Part shown: positions 62,625 to 64,000 of the stretch, in pieces
Numbering within the stretch: the first letter of the stretch is position 1
Layout of the letters: every line of letters starts with the position of its first letter
NCBI GenBank assembly: GCA_043228905.1
Contig: JBHGNT010000012.1
Coordinates: 19,096,001-19,160,000, forward strand
Direction of reading: 5' to 3'
Length of the DNA: 64,000 nt
Source: Azolla caroliniana
Taxonomy: Eukaryota > Plantae > Polypodiophyta
Notes under the pieces: model-generated
The model's input: the letters and a program-made list of their open reading frames with translations, nothing else
Database searches by the model: none
Told to the model about the DNA's origin: nothing
Made by a program: the position numbers and the translations under genes

Positions 62625-63039
62625 CATCCACACGAAATACCGCGAGAATGCGCTTCCAAACATAGTGATAATGAACCTCGATGTGTTTCATTCGGGCATG
62701 GAAGACCAGGTTTTGAGCTAGTTGTATGCTACTTTGATTGTTGTAGTAGATACGTATCGGCTAGTGTTGGGCAAAGTCCCAAGAACCGGTTGGCTTGGGA
62801 CTTTTGTTGTCCAAGGTGGGGGATAGCCGGAATTGATTCCGGCCAGGTTTTCCTACCAACCAAAATCTAGCCGGTTCATATTTTTTAAAGCGGCTATTTA
62901 TATAGTTTATGTAAAAAACAAAGGTAAGAAAAAACATACTTTTGTATTCTTCTTTAGTCTTTCCCCCTTTTTCCCCCCTTTTTGTGTTTTACTTTCCCCC
63001 TCGTTTTGTTTTTCTCCCTCTCTATCATCTGATTTCCTG

Positions 63040-63460
63040 CTCGCTATTCACTGCTCACAACTCACAACTCATTGCTCATTGCTCATTGCTCATTGCTCAT
63101 TGCTCAGTGCTCGTTCCTCCTTCCTTGTTGTTTGCTAACAACTGCTTGTTACTCATGGCTCATTACTCGTTGATGCTCATCACTGTTCACTGCTCACTGC
63201 CCACTACTCACTGCTTATTACTCGTTCATCGCCACTCACTGACCGCTACTCCTTCCTCGTTGATTGTCACTCGTCACTCACTAATTGCCACTTGTCGCTC
63301 GTTGATTGTTGATCGTCAGTCACTGATTGTCGTTCGTCACTCGCTGCTCATCATTCGTTACTCGCCACTCACCACTCGTTGATTCACATGCGTTACTTAC
63401 CACTCATTGATCGCCGCTCACTAGGAGTTGCTCATTACTCATCACTCATTACTCTCTATT
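63040..63460 (+). repeat. degenerate (CTCATTG/CACTCGT)n simple repeat
   Basis: Heptamer-based low-complexity tract. Confidence 0.8.
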
Positions 63461-64000
63461 TCGAGGTGAGTACACATTTTTTAGTATTAGGGTCTTGTAC
63501 CCTCAATCCATTTTCTCATATAACTATGTGAACTTGCCATTACCTTGTTTATTTTCCTTCTAGATTGTATGTTTTTACTCTACAATATTCATATTAATAA
63601 GTGTCGACTTCGTATATGTACTTTGATGACAATAAGACCTTAAGATCATTCATAAAACGTAACAATAATTAAGAGATTCATTTTACACTACATCACAATG
63701 TAGGCTTTCAATCAAACATTCATGTATGACGTTTTCAATTATCAAGTGATTTCATCACTTCTTAAACGTCTCCTGAACATTCTAAGGCAAGGATGTGGGA
63801 TCATCGCAAAGTATGTGCATTGGAGAAGAGGGTTGAATCTTCACGCTTCTTTTTAGTGGGTGAACATGAAGTTGTGAAGATGTAAGGGAACTAGGTGTGG
63901 AAAGAGATTTGCTCTTCAATTAGACGATTCTGAAATACTATTTACTTATTACAATATAACTAGATGAATCGACAAATTTGAGATGAGAATCAACATGTAT

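Larger units (their letters stand above)
60327..62740 (-). mobile_element. Ty1/copia element C3, 3' end only (LTR 60327-61516 plus RNase H tail)
   Basis: PPT TGAGGGGGCA abuts TGTTGAGA at 61516 on minus; LTR ends ATTAACA at 60327; FHARMKHIEVHYHY (about 62650-62720) and DIFTKALG (about 61740). Confidence 0.8.

Noticed and set aside
62762-62880. Possible hAT terminus (TAGTGTTGGG..., AGTCCCAAG/CTTGGGACT inverted repeat)
   Set aside because: No partner TIR, TSD or transposase within the window.

Overview
A transposon-dense stretch of a land-plant nuclear genome. A non-seed plant such as a fern is inferred from the Tcn1-like chromovirus and a degenerate PLS-type PPR gene. There are three nests of LTR retrotransposons. 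Left nest (1-21.3 kb): an L1 LINE is interrupted by a non-chromovirus Ty3/gypsy element (G1), which is interrupted by a Tcn1-like chromovirus, itself hit by a copia with an open gag-pol frame, plus two solo LTRs. Middle nest (23.6-36.3 kb): a complete G1-related element (G2, TSD CCACC) sits in a PPR pseudogene and carries a young gag-only element. Right nest (50.1-62.7 kb): a divergent gypsy, a full-length copia, a truncated copia and solo LTRs. Between them is a gene island with a ~1.77-kb tandem duplication (tRNA-Lys, 60-bp minisatellite, hAT MITE), an orphan His/Gly-rich ORF and a 4-exon PRP38 gene. Most notable: (1) G1 and G2 have no polypurine tract; a conserved stem-loop ending in a sense copy of a tRNA-Arg-like 3' end (GTCCCAC.GGCGTGCCA) lies 2 nt before the 3' LTR instead, suggesting non-canonical plus-strand priming. 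(2) Two unrelated LTR families carry antisense tRNA-like A/B-box modules in U3. (3) The chromovirus shows a Tf1-type self-priming signature. All calls come from reading the sequence by eye; no searches or folding programs were run.
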